Shown here: positions 1 to 11,792 of the stretch, in pieces
Layout of the letters: every line of letters starts with the position of its first letter
Numbering within the stretch: position 1 is the first letter of the stretch
Assembly (NCBI GenBank): GCA_951804945.1
Contig: OX638162.1
Span: 34,782,001-34,846,000 of the forward strand
Direction of reading: 5' to 3'
Origin: Podarcis cretensis
Lineage: Eukaryota
DNA length: 64,000 nucleotides
Position numbers and translations under genes: made by a program
The notes under the pieces: generated by a model
Told to the model about the DNA's origin: nothing
What the model saw: only the letters and a program-made list of their open reading frames with translations
Database searches by the model: none

Positions 1-126
1 TGTCTCCTTACACCCCTAGTTCTAATGGGCAGCAGTCACCACTGCTCAGTGTAAAACAGTGTCATAGGCTCAAACAAGACAGATTTCCCCCCTGTTGGGA
101 TGTGCACCAACCTCCCCCACCTCTCC

Positions 127-127
<1 letters not shown>

Positions 128-166
<39 letters not shown>
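128..166. repeat. (AC)n microsatellite
   Basis: Read directly. Confidence 0.95.
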
Positions 167-169
<3 letters not shown>

Positions 170-1464
170 GTGCTTTTCTCAAGCTGATTATTTAAATATA
201 GCCAGCCATGTACATTGCACTTTCCTAAGCAACATAAACAAAAGAAGGGTATTTCCCCCAAATAACTAACAAGCTAACAGCTGGTCTAGATACCACTTGA
301 ATTGTGTGGTTTACAGCTGGGGAAGGGCTGTAGGTCAATGGCAGAGCATTTGCTTTGCATGTAGAAGGTTCCGGTTTCAATGCAAGCATCTCCTGGTAGG
401 GCTGAGAGAGAGCCCTCTCTGAAATCCTAGATAGCTACTGCCAGTCAGTGTAGACCAGGAGTGGGGAATAGTTGACCATTCAGATGTTGCTGAACTACAG
501 CTCCCATCAGCCCTAGCTAGCTTGGTCAGGGATGGCAGGAGCTGTGGTTGTCTCCATCCAGAAACCCTGGAGAGCCACTGCCAGTCATGTAGACAATAGG
601 AAGCAAGATGGGCCAAGGGTCTGACTGAGGAAGGTTCCTAAGATGAGCACTGCTGTTTTAGCAATGAGGAGAGCAGCCTTCCTCAGTCTGGTGCCCACTT
701 GCTGGCCTGGCTGGCTGGGGCTCATGGAAGTTGCAGTGCAAGAACAGTTGGAGAAGGATGCACTATGGCATTAGAGGTCTGTATAACATTGTGCATTCAA
801 CAACAGCAGCAGCAACAACAACAAGCTAGCTAGCTGTCAGGGTTATTTCATTGAACTACTGTAGTTAAAAAAGAAACAAAGTTATCCAGGATGAAAACTG
901 TTGTCTCTGCCCTGCAAACTACTTTCTAGTTAAAGACAAAGCAGGCTGATATTGAAGTTTCAGTTCAATTGCTTTCGATCGGCTGGTGTCCGGCATGAGA
1001 AATGGCTCCATTTAAGAGGAATTACCCTTTGTACAAATCACTTCACTATTTAAAACAAACCACATGTATCATCATTAAGTGAGAGAAAATTTACCAATCT
1101 TTTGGTATCGACAACACCATGGCTGTGTTGTGAGATAGCATTGCATGGCATTGCAACAGTTGACTTTGCAACTCCATATGGGGGGACTGTGGCCAAACAG
1201 CATAGTTTGTTGCCTGGTATAGGAGGTTTTCCTGGCTGTGCTCAGATGAACCCCTCTCATGAGGGATTGGGCTGCAAGGCAGCTGTGTGGGGTGGGGGGC
1301 CACTCACAATATCACAGTCTAAGCCCTAGCTATATTATTTGGTTTAGTTTGTTTGCTTTCTGAAGTCAGATCAATATAGGATGTCAAAATCACCTCAAAG
1401 GATATCTAGTGCTGCTAAAATCTTTCTTCCAAACACCACTGGTCAAAGTAGTGTCTGATTTTAA

Positions 1465-1598
1465 GGCAGGGTGGGGAGGGGATCTGGGGGCCTCCAGATT
1501 CTGTTGTCCTCCAATTCCCACCAGCCCCTTCCAGAATGGCTAAAAGTCAAGGATGATGGGAGTTGTAGTCCAGGAGGCCATAAGCTCCACACTCCTGA
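1465..1598. mobile_element. Degraded palindromic hAT MITE
   Basis: Core GATGATGGGAGTTGTAGTCC is shared with 31554 and 38493. Similar decayed copies occur near 460, 680, 17600, 21235, 27640, 32105, 34400 and 51680. Confidence 0.6.
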
Positions 1599-2396
1599 TT
1601 AGAAAAAATTCTGTGGAGCTGGCATATTTGGATTTTATTCATGTGCTGCAGAGGTTAGAGGTGGTAGGATAAGGGATGCCTAGACACTTCTACGTTGAGT
1701 TTTACAAATGTTAGTTACCATCTTCATAAGCCAAGATTGATTGCTAACCCATTTTCACCACATCTACTTTTACAGAACATGGGATATTCTCCGATCAGAT
1801 CCTAAAGCTGAAGGCCAAAGCTGCAATTCTATGTGCGCTTATTCAGCAACAAGTCCCATTTGAAATTAGCATTGAGTTGCTGGAAGGTAAACATTTGTAG
1901 GATCTGGCTGCAAATTTGATACTAGGCTTGGTAAAATGGTTGACAAGACATCTAAAGGGTTTTGAACAGCTCCTCTTGATGGATGCCAGCACCAACTTTT
2001 GACTCCCCCCTTTCTGCCTTTTAATGAACACATGACTTGCTGTTCATCTATAATATAGACAAGGCATAAAGGCCAGGCTTCCAAATTTAACCATTTCATC
2101 AGTCAAGCTTCCCAGTGCATTTGTATAATAAACTGCTGTGTGCTATTTAAAGTTCTCTTTTGTACAAGGACACATTTGCATGCTCTGAAGGATTTCTTAG
2201 CAGCATTTGTAAAGCATAGCTTGTCATTAGTGTGGAAAAGGCTGCTTTGTTGACACCATTTAAAAGTATTTCAGTGAATGCAAAGAGAACTTATAAACCT
2301 CACAGGTTCAGTTCAATAAGCAATAAATTACAATGGTAAAGCGTAGCACACAGAGACATATTTTCCAAAATGAACTAAATCACCTATTTCTCCACC

Positions 2397-2821
2397 TAGG
2401 AATGGAGGGGGAAATCAGTTCAGTCCACATTTAAAGGCAAACCTCCCTAGTTCGCTGCTCCTGAAACAATATGTGAACCGAGAAGCAGCCATCCTCCAAA
2501 ATTCGCACTACTCTGGGTTTTGCAGTGCAGTTATCCACCCAAGTAATATGTACAAAAAAATGCACGTACCAGGGTAAACTGTGTGTCAAAGAGCATATAT
2601 AAATGAAAACAGCATGCAAAGATGTATCGTATTAGGCAAAAAGGTATGCAAAAAATCTGTATATTAGGAGAAATTTGCACTAAAATGTTTAAGAATTTTC
2701 ATGAGGACTTTCATAATAATAATACTGTTAACCATTCTCATAAAATGTAGAGAACAAGGCTTTAGGTTACAAAAAAGGCAAAACTGAGAGAAACAGAAAC
2801 TGTTAGATTAACCCGTCCCTA
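2397..2821. mobile_element. Old non-autonomous DNA-transposon-like repeat (hAT-like TAGG...CCTA ends)
   Basis: Related copies at about 30530-30795, 44560-44755 and 58470-58915 (inverted) share motifs such as GAAATTTGCACTAAA. No clear TSD. Confidence 0.5.
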
Positions 2822-5404
2822 CGACCTACCCTACAATTTTTGCATTTAAGGGGGGTCCACACTAAAAGCAGCTTCTTAATTGCTATAAAGTTGAAACCAA
2901 GACGCTTGTGTTATATCTACTCAACAATTTTCTGCATTGTGTGTGTGTGTGGATAACATGGAAGCAGTTTGGGGCAACAAACGATTGTAGGGGGATAGGA
3001 AGTAATTGTGACTTGAGCATTAGTTAAAGTAGATCACCACACAAGTAAAAGAACAAGTTAAGAGGACAGCAACCTATTCTCTGTGTTTCAAGAGAAGAAT
3101 GTTAGCGACATCTAGTTAGTGATGTTATGTTTACCACTCAGACTTAATGCATATCAATAAAAACGGGGGAGGGTGTAGTAGGATCCAAATTTTCTACTGT
3201 GAATTAGTTTGGCATTATGCATCCCCAAAGGACAGGGTTTTGTATTATGCAATTTATCCCCCCCTCCCACCTAAAAAAGAAGGCTATCAAATCATAGCTG
3301 TGACAGGTGTAAAATTCTAGATAACTTAACATTACCTGATAAACAAAATGACAGTTAAGACAACACTTCATTAAATGCAATAGAAATTTCTGTAGTATTG
3401 CAAAGCAAACAAACAAATTATCTGAACAAAATCCTAGGTTTTTTTCTATGCAGCTTCTACAGACCAAACTGTACTCAAAGGGCGGGGTGACAGTAACAGA
3501 CCTAGAAATGTTTATTATTATTATTATTAAATCTCCCCACCACATGTATCTTAAATGTAGAAATCCAATTCTACAAGGGAAACGAGAGGGAGACTACAGA
3601 GTGTTAATAGCATGAACCTCTGCAGCGGAACAAGGCATCCGCAGAAAGGTTCAGGAAAAGCCTTCAAGATGCAACACTTTCCAAAGTGCATGATGGTGGC
3701 AACTCTCCTAATTTTGTCCAGGGCAGAGTGAGAGCCACCACTTTCAAGCATATCATTGTGGCAGCATCTATTTTCTTAAATCAGAAAGTATCTTCTATAC
3801 AGAGGTTGAGATTGCACAATGCTATTGCAATTCTACATAGAGGAAAGAGATGATTCCTAGACCCCCACTTCTTCCCCCTCCCCTCATCCTCCAACCTCGC
3901 ATTTATGTAATCTTTTAGCAGTTCCTTGTGTGCCCAGATTGACCTCTAACCTTAAGTGACATAAGCCCTTTCAAAAGCTACTTCCTTAATGTTAAAATGG
4001 TTGCCTTGAAAAGTTCAAGAAACAACTGGAGAAAATAGAACTTGCTTCTGCTGGTATAGTACAGCTATGCAGAAAGACAATGATCTTTCAAGGGTGATTC
4101 CCCAAGCATCTAATTTTTAAAAGGCACACAGAAGTAGCATTGAGACTTTAACTTAAAAACAAAGGAAAAATTTGGTAGGCTTACTGCTAATTTAAATTGC
4201 ATGCAGATAAAGCCCTCCCACGTAACAACTATATTCTAATCTGTACAAATGAACCTTTTAATATATAATTTGTTTGTCAATCCCAGAGCCAATTCCCACC
4301 GAGTGTCTGGATACGGAAGAGAGCTTTTGTTTCTTTTAAAATGTGAGGCTTTCGAGCAACTGCCCACATCTTAAAAGGCACTAATGCTTGGATTCTGAAT
4401 AATTTCATTAAAAAAAAAAAGAAGATAGATCCATTGCAAGAAATCAAGAATATATTAGAACATTGCTCTGTTTTTCCCCCTAAAGAGAGACAAGGAAAGA
4501 AAGTTCCGTATTGCTTTGCACACATCTGTATGTGACATCTAAACTGCCGTAGCAGCTGAGTGTTAATAGATAAATGCTCCTGTACCGTACGCTTCAGCTG
4601 AGTTATAGTAAATGCAGAAAGGGGGGGGAGGGTGGCAGATGACACTCTCAACAGAATAAATGCAATTACATTTGCATGACAATATATTTTAATCTTGCTC
4701 CTTTGCACCCAGTGCATATCCCCTCTGTAGTAGGAGGCTCAGTTTATTACCCACAAAACTGTACATTTATAATAAGAATTCTAAGCAGAGGCATGCCATT
4801 GTGAGATGCTGACACTTAGACGCTTGAACATTTGCCTGGGAGAAATATCCCCCCAATTGATTTCAATGGATTTACTTTTAAGTAAGTGGAGTCAGATGTC
4901 TTGCTATGCAGCCCTAATTTATTTTCCCTTCTGAAATTTCACGGACAAAAGGCAACAAACCCCAAAACTTATTTGTAACACCAGTTGGGGGGGACTCCTA
5001 ATATTAAGATGCTGAAAAATAATAATAATGGGGGAACCACTGATTTCTAAGTTGGAGGTAACTGCCTATGCCCTCCCCCCTCCCCATAGTAAACCCTCAA
5101 TACGAAGCCCATTGATAAATATCTAGATGCAAATCACAGATTTCCAAATGACCCATCAACTGATCTGGCAAACTTCTACCATCTATACTGCTCTTTCCCC
5201 CTACTTCAGATCCATTTATCCTCCACTGGCATCTAATTCCAATGAAGGACTCACATGACAAATTGTGAGTTTAAACTAAATTTGCCCCAGGACTGTACTT
5301 TGAAAAACAAATTTGATTCCCAGAAGCAAAAACTGGGAGGGGGGAGAATAAGGATTTAAAATAATAATAACAATAAACATAATTTTGCGTGGCTAAAATC
5401 TACC

Positions 5405-5439
<35 letters not shown>

Positions 5440-5447
5440 ATCTATCT
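5405..5447. repeat. (ATCT)n microsatellite
   Basis: Read directly. Confidence 0.95.
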
Positions 5448-5837
5448 AAACCTTGCATGCATAGCGTTCCCAGAGCAAATACAAAACCAAAGCCACAGAA
5501 GGGGGGGAACCATCCTCAAAACTTTAGAATATTTGAGATCACATGCATTGAAGCTGTACCATTAAAGAAAACGGAGGCGCAGAGGCGACTTTCCCGTACG
5601 AATTAATTTCTTTTGCTTATTTGGATGCATTCGTACACAGGCAAACACACACAGGCACATGAAAGAGACAATTACACATTCCATTCAGGCAGAAAGCTGT
5701 TTCCACTTCATGGGGTACAGACAATACAGTGACAAGAAGAGGGAATGACCAAACCCAGGTGAGAGTGGTGGTGGGGGGAGAGAGAGAAGCAAGGGTGGGG
5801 GAGAGAGAGTTGGAAGAGACGAAAAAAAGTTGCTGCG

Positions 5838-5843
5838 ACTTAC
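5838..5843 (-). promoter_or_regulatory. 5' splice donor GTAAGT of the 33-codon exon
   Basis: The + strand reads acttac|ctgctg, which is CAGCAG|GTAAGT on the minus strand, a full U1 consensus match. Confidence 0.85.
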
Positions 5844-5942
5844 CTGCTGTAAATACATAAAAGTCAAGGCACAGGACAGCTGGGGACACATGCCGACGTT
5901 CGGCAGCGCAACGCAGGTCGTCCCCGTCAGAGGATGCTGCAT
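5844..5942 (-). CDS. RBFOX1: Short N-terminal coding exon (33 codons, MQHPLTGTTCVALPNVGMCPQLSCALTFMYLQQ); probable alternative first coding exon of RNA-binding Fox-1 homolog 1
   Basis: Seen: ATG at 5942-5940 (context cagcaacATGc), an open 99-nt frame, a perfect donor CAG|GTAAGT at 5844/5843, local CpG enrichment and TE-free surroundings. Recalled, not checked: the peptide resembles an RBFOX1 alternative N-terminus that splices in phase 0 onto the shared GNQEA... exon. The exon is better supported than the gene name. Confidence 0.65.
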
Positions 5943-6559
5943 GTTGCTGCTTTGAACCCGACGTAGGACAAGTGAAGGGGGTTGCATACACGCACGTTGC
6001 TGCTGCCTCTCTGGTGCAAGCTTGGTTATTTATTTCTCTCTCTCTTCTCTCCCCCCCAACCCAAACCAGCCACCCCCAACACCACAACTGCCAGCACTCT
6101 CTCTCTCTCTTTCTCTCAGATGTGTGGGTTTTTTTTTGCTTTTGTTTTCTCTCTCTCAAAAAGACACACAACCTCTCAAAAACATCCCTTCTCAGGGTGT
6201 TTCTTTCTCTCTCTCCCCCCCTCTTTTTAACAACGCAACCTTGCCAGCCTCCTCACCTCCAGCTCCCAGTGTTAAAGCCCCACTACGTTCAATTGTGAAG
6301 GCAAGGCCATTTGGTACAATTTTCGTTTGGGAGGGTAATCCCACCCAATGCTGCCAAACAACACCCCCCCCAGCTCACTCGAACGAAACAAAAACAGAGA
6401 GGTGTGGGAAGGAGAGAAAAAAAAGGGGGTGGTGGTGGTGAGATTTAATAAGCAAAGGAGAGAAGGCAGCCGGCAGCTTCTAAGCTGAGCTGCTGAAACT
6501 CCCCCTCAGTGACAACCGCGGTTGGAAGGGTTTGTTCCACATTAAAAGCCTGGCTCCCT

Positions 6560-6617
<58 letters not shown>

Positions 6618-6800
6618 CCTTCTGGTGTGGCTGATGCTACTCCGCTCCTCTCATTTGTCAAATGGGTCCTAACCAGGGCAGGGTCTCTGTACCACTCACC
6701 AAAAATTCAAATAACTGCATTTTAAAAATCCCTGGAGAGGATGCAGAAGGAGAGAGACAGGCATCATATACAGTCATGAGGTTTGGGCAATTAATGTCAC
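5943..6800 (-). promoter_or_regulatory. Probable 5'UTR and proximal promoter of the minus-strand exon
   Basis: Inference: no TEs, retained CpGs and CT/GA-rich tracts directly upstream of the ATG. The transcription start cannot be placed from sequence alone. Confidence 0.4.
6562..6615. repeat. (GA)n microsatellite upstream of the exon
   Basis: Read directly. Confidence 0.95.
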
Positions 6801-7613
6801 TGCCCAGCTGGGACGAGAAAGGCTGTTATGATTCACCACAGACACCCCTCCTCTCCAGTTTTTTTTTTTTGTGTGTGTGTGTGTGTGTGTTTTGACAAGC
6901 AGTTAGGGAATCCCCCATCGAAGAAATCAGGCAAACAGAGAGAAAACAAAGTCTCTCTATATGTGTGTGTTTAGAAAAACATGCATTAAAAGTATAGAAG
7001 CACAAAAGAAAGTTAAAATACTCTAGAAGATACACATGGCTTTGATCTGTGCCTATCTCTCTGGCCATCCTTTTCAAAACATGTACCATACACAGGGACA
7101 CACAAACATACACCCCCATCACACACACAGATGGACTTTACATGCCTGACTTGAAAGGAAAGCTTGAACTCACATTTTATACTGAGTCCTATTGCACCAG
7201 AAGTACAATCTGATGTATGAAAGCCACAGGAACGAGGGGGGAAGCATTTCTTATTCTTAATATTAATTCTGATTTTAAAACCACTTGTTTAGATACCATG
7301 GAATGTTGAAAGTATATTTAAATTTCTAGAGCCCCCTTATCAAAATCACTCAGGGTGAGGTGAAATGAATATACGTATACCATATATCTAGGAAATAATA
7401 TGAGTGCGCACACACATCTCCCAAATCTTTTTATTTTTATTTTCCATAATATACTTCACACCTATCTCCCCTTCTGCATTTCACAGAAGCTTGTAAAATC
7501 ATTAACTGCTGTGAAAAATTAGATTAGGAACCACAGCAGAATCTCGTGGAATAAAGATCATGGTGTGGCACAATCCTTTCCCTCCCTTTCTCTCCTTTCC
7601 TGGGAAGAAAACA

Positions 7614-7692
7614 TCTCTCTCTCTCTCTCTCTCTCTGTTTGTGTGTACAGATACAGATACAGATACAGATACAGATACAGATACAGATATAT
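7614..7692. repeat. Compound (CT)n / (AGATAC)n microsatellite
   Basis: Read directly. Confidence 0.93.
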
Positions 7693-8585
7693 AATTTCAT
7701 TTAAGATTATAAAATGTGTCAGAAGGACAATCCATTATAAGAGGCTATTCTGTCAGGTTACATGAACAAACACCATTAGTCACCAGGGGGAATGTAATGT
7801 TTACTTTTTTACTTAAGAGAGAGTAATGTCCCTCATTGGAATTAGTATTCAACTGTCGCAAACTGTCTCCCCCCCCCCTTTATTTTATGGAGTAATAATT
7901 ATTCATTAGTAGATCTAGTTAGTCTTCATGTAATAAAATCGGATGTGATCTGCAAATTAAATCATTTATGCTCAAAACTTGTCCTTGAGGTCAAATTTCT
8001 TTCCCCACCTCCCTTCCACATGTTACTAATATGTAACAAAAGATACTGGTGTTATTCAAAATGGAATTTGACAAATGCATTGAATTATTAATTCTTCCAT
8101 AAAAAGGCTGAATCTCAGCAAATTACTCTTCAGGATTCCCCTCCATTTCCCTTCCCTCTCAAGGTTCCTTTCCAGAAGCAGAACTTTTCAAACATTCAGA
8201 GGGAACCCAACTTAAAAAATAATAATAATAAGAATAAGAAAAGGGGGGGGAGGCAAAATAGGCTACAATCTGTACCAAGTGAGGGAACATTTAGAGTTAG
8301 TGGGAAATATAATAATTTCACACAGAAATATATTCTGTGCCATTTCTTGTTGTTTTTATGTGGGTGTATTAAAAAAAAATGGTGTTGGAAAGGTTGCAAC
8401 TAAATTGATAGCACATATTTCCCTTTAAATAAAGATTCATTTCTTTCCCAAGCTACTATTGAACTAAAATGCAAACAGATCACTAGAGAATTCCTGTGAT
8501 TCAGGCAAACAGCTCTCAACTCGGAAGGTAATTAGCTGTTGCATTGTGAGACGTGCACACATTTGAAAAAGCTCCTTTAAGAGAC

Positions 8586-8594
8586 AGAAAGAGA

Positions 8595-8644
<50 letters not shown>
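8586..8644. repeat. (AGAAAG)n/(GA)n microsatellite
   Basis: Read directly. Confidence 0.93.
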
Positions 8645-8648
<4 letters not shown>

Positions 8649-9156
8649 TATAGCAATCTTACTGCAAGAACCCCACCCACAGGACTGAGACAAGGCCGGG
8701 TGTTACAACCAAAAATACACCTGTTCCCAAAGCAAGACACCCCTCTAACAAACCTGCGCCACCCAAATCACACACCTATTAAATGGCTAAAAATAAGGAA
8801 AATGCTTGGACTTACAAAACAGGGCTTGCTTTCATGCGCAGGGAAAGTCCATGTATCATGAGCTTGAGGTTCTCGGATAGCACTCCTACACTGAAGAGCA
8901 CAAATTAATTTATAACACAAAAAGGGGGAATAAAAAAGGGGGGGAATAAAAGCCTACGCACACACAAGAAAGGAAGGAAGGAGGGTAAAAATAAAAGCTA
9001 ACATAAAAATGAAGTCCCTTATAGCCACTTTCTCATATCCTCCCCCTTCTTCATTCTATCCCTTTGCCTTAAGCAGTCCCTTGTTCTGACAGGAATATCT
9101 CATGCTCCTCTCCTCTTTTTCCAGAACACTAAACATGTTATTCAGCAAATGCCCTG

Positions 9157-9288
9157 NNNNNNNNNNNNNNNNNNNNNNNNNNNNNNNNNNNNNNNNNNNN
9201 NNNNNNNNNNNNNNNNNNNNNNNNNNNNNNNNNNNNNNNNNNNNNNNNNNNNNNNNNNNNNNNNNNNNNNNNNNNNNNNNNNNNNNNN
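9157..9288. other. Assembly gap (N run)
   Basis: 132 Ns. Confidence 1.
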
Positions 9289-9826
9289 CAGAAACACCCT
9301 GATAAATAAAACATGGGCCTCTAATAAGACCCTATCGTAATGGGCAATGAAAAACAAATATGTTGCATAAGAGATGAACAAACCCATTTTCTCTATATAT
9401 TATGGGTGGTTTCATTTCATTGTTTTAGTTTTGCAGTCAAACAGCACTAAACGCTTTGTGTCTGGATGGTTTAGAACTGTCCATGGTTCTTCAGCTCTCA
9501 AAGCAATGCTTTAAGCAAGCAAGCAAAATGTGTGCTATAAATGAAGCACTTCAGGCTCCCCCCAGCAACCAAGCTGCTTTCAAGAAGAAGAAAAAGTTGC
9601 AGTAAGGTGTGTCTTCATATGTATTTACATGATCAGTAACACGTTTATTAGTCGGTGATATTTATAAACCAACTTTTGCCACAGGAAATCCAGGCTGGAA
9701 GGAGATTCTAGGCCACCACCTGAGCAGTGGCTTCACTTCTCATTATCCCCCTTCCAACAAATAACATATTCAGTATCGCTCAGAATATCAGAAGTACATC
9801 TCACCACAGTGAGTTTAAGAGGTCTT

Positions 9827-10182
9827 AAAGGTAAGGTAAAGGGACCCCTGACCATTAGGTCCAGTCGTGGCTGATTCTGGGGTTGTGGCGCTCATCTCGC
9901 TTTATTGGCCGAGGGATCCGGTGTACAGCTTCCAGGTCATGTGGCCAGAATGACTAAGCTGCTTCTGGCGAACCAGAGCAGCGCACGGAAATGCCGTTTA
10001 CCTTCCCACCAGAGTGGTACCTATCTATTTATCTACTTGCACTTTGACGTGCATTCGAACTGCTAGGTTGGCAGGAGCAGGGACTGAGCAACAGGAGCTC
10101 ACCCCGTCGCGGGGATTCGAACTGCCAACCTTCTGATCGGCAAGTCCTAGGCTCTGTGGTTTAACCCACAGTGCCACCCTCC
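9827..10182 (-). mobile_element. Sauria SINE (POM/Squam1-type)
   Basis: Reverse (ACCTTT)n tail, conserved body GCACGTCAAAGTGCAAGTAGATAAATAG and a tRNA-like head. Confidence 0.92.
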
Positions 10183-10231
10183 TTAGTAATTTATAATTCC
10201 AGACACAGTAAACCAAAGCACGTGATCTAGA

Positions 10232-10410
10232 TGGGTTGTAGCTCAGTAGTAGAACATCTTATTTGCATTCAAAAGGTCCCAGTTTTAATCCCTGGCATCT
10301 CCATATATGGCTGGGAATGCCCCCTTTCTGAAACCATGGAGAGCCACTACCAAATCATTATACTGAGATGCACCAAAGTTCTGACTATGAGGCAGTTTCC
10401 TGTGTCCCTA
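10232..10410 (+). mobile_element. tRNA-derived SINE with a CR1-like 3' part
   Basis: A-box TAGCTCAGTAGTAGA and decayed B-box, then GAAACCATGGAGAGCCACT. Homologous copies occur at about 318-645, 17190-17345(-), 17810-18345(-), 34160-34297(-), 54034-54210, 55465-55628 and 56226-56412. Confidence 0.7.
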
Positions 10411-10464
10411 AGCACAGAAAGTTTTCTGTGGATACACATATTACCTATTTATGTAGCTGAAGCC

Positions 10465-10501
10465 ACCACTTCTCGGCCTTTTAGCTAAGATCAGGGGGTA
10501 G
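10465..10501 (+). pseudogene. 5'-terminal fragment of U2 snRNA
   Basis: ACCACTTCTCGGCCTTTTAGCTAAGATCA matches U2 nt 1-29 (ATCGCTTCTCGGCCTTTTGGCTAAGATCA) at 26/29 and continues weakly to GTAG. The rest of U2 is absent. Confidence 0.75.
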
Positions 10502-11558
10502 GATGTGGGATGCAGCTACCCTCCTTTCAGGGGGAAGAAATTTGTGACACCCATCCTCCCTGGAAGAAGAGGGAAGGTGGTTTACTTATTTATTTCATAA
10601 AATTTATACACTGCTTGATTGTAAAAACAATAACCCTCACAACAGTTTATGAAAGATAAAGCTGTGAGATCAAGAAAAAAAATCACAACACTAAATAAAA
10701 CACTAAAACAGATTAAAATTACCTTAACTTGCTAAGTATCTGGGTAGGCTTCTTTAAGCATGAATGTTTTTTAGCAGGAACTGAAAAGATTAAAGTGAAG
10801 GTGCTTGCTTGATCTCAATAGGAAGATTTCTCCCAAAAAGGAATTCATTATTTGTCATCCACCCTTCAAACCTTTGCAGTTCCCCATACGTCCTGATATG
10901 AAAAAAAAGCTTAATAGGGGAGATTTAACTGAAGCAATCACACCTTGGAAGGCTGCAGAGTGTAGACCTTGGCACCCCATGCTTCTGATATGGAAAGCAT
11001 TGATTTGAGAGATTAAACATAAGCATGGGCACCTAGGAAGGCTGCATAATGTAGCATACAGGTGAGATGATTTGTAGAACGAAGGAAAAGGCAATCACAG
11101 AACCTCTTGGCCACGCCACATATAAACTAAACACAATTAATAACCAGTGTCCTATCCATAATGCTGTCAGATTTTTCTCTCCTCTCTGGTAATTACTGAA
11201 TGGAATTTATTTTCTCGTTAATTAAGAATGGTAAAACTTTCAGCACAATACGCTAGATGTTATCGCTTGGGAAGGGGGTGTCAGGGAACACAGAGCTGCT
11301 TTTGGCAGTAGCCACATAACACTTTTAATGTTTCATTTCAGCCTCTATGTGATTTCTATTGGCCTCCCATCCAGAACATGCTGAGGTCTATTTGACAGCA
11401 TCAGATGCTCTCAGAATATCCGATAAGCTCTCATAACTGATAGATGAAATTATGGTTCAACATCTGCATAGGTAGGCAGAGAAGTAATTTAAAGCATGGG
11501 TGCCCGACTTCAGGATGAGTTCACACACAACTGAGAGGAAGAACTATAGCTCCATGTA

Positions 11559-11638
11559 CAGGGTGAGTCTTTTAAAAGAGGCCCCGTGGAACATGTGTAC
11601 TCTGTATCCACGGGGCCTCTTTTAAAGGACTCACCCTG
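11559..11638. mobile_element. 80-bp palindromic mariner-type MITE (MADE1-like architecture)
   Basis: 32-bp inverted repeats CAGGGTGAGTCYTTTAAAAGAGGCCCCGTGGA (1 mismatch) around a 16-nt spacer, with TA on both sides. Confidence 0.88.
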
Positions 11639-11792
11639 TACATGTATTGTATGCAAAAGGTCACACTTTCAATTTCTAACATCTTGGGTAGTACCAGGAA
11701 ATAATCCTGCCTGATACCCTGTAAAGACACACTGGCAACTAGTATAGACAATACTTTAGTAGAGGGTCCAATCCTATATTAGCACAAGAGCA

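Noticed and set aside
5617-6441. Several 80-184 aa ORFs on both strands around the exon
   Set aside because: They are low-complexity translations of CT/GA-rich UTR and intron sequence. Only the 33 codons bounded by ATG and the splice donor are supported.
8657-8670. Minus-strand GCA|GTAAGA possible donor of another upstream exon
   Set aside because: The exonic context is weak and there is no recognisable ORF or acceptor, so it cannot be supported without transcript data.
10232-10305. tRNA-like sequences with A/B boxes (also about 325, 54035, 55465 and 56226)
   Set aside because: They are degenerate SINE heads followed by SINE bodies, with no intact cloverleaf.
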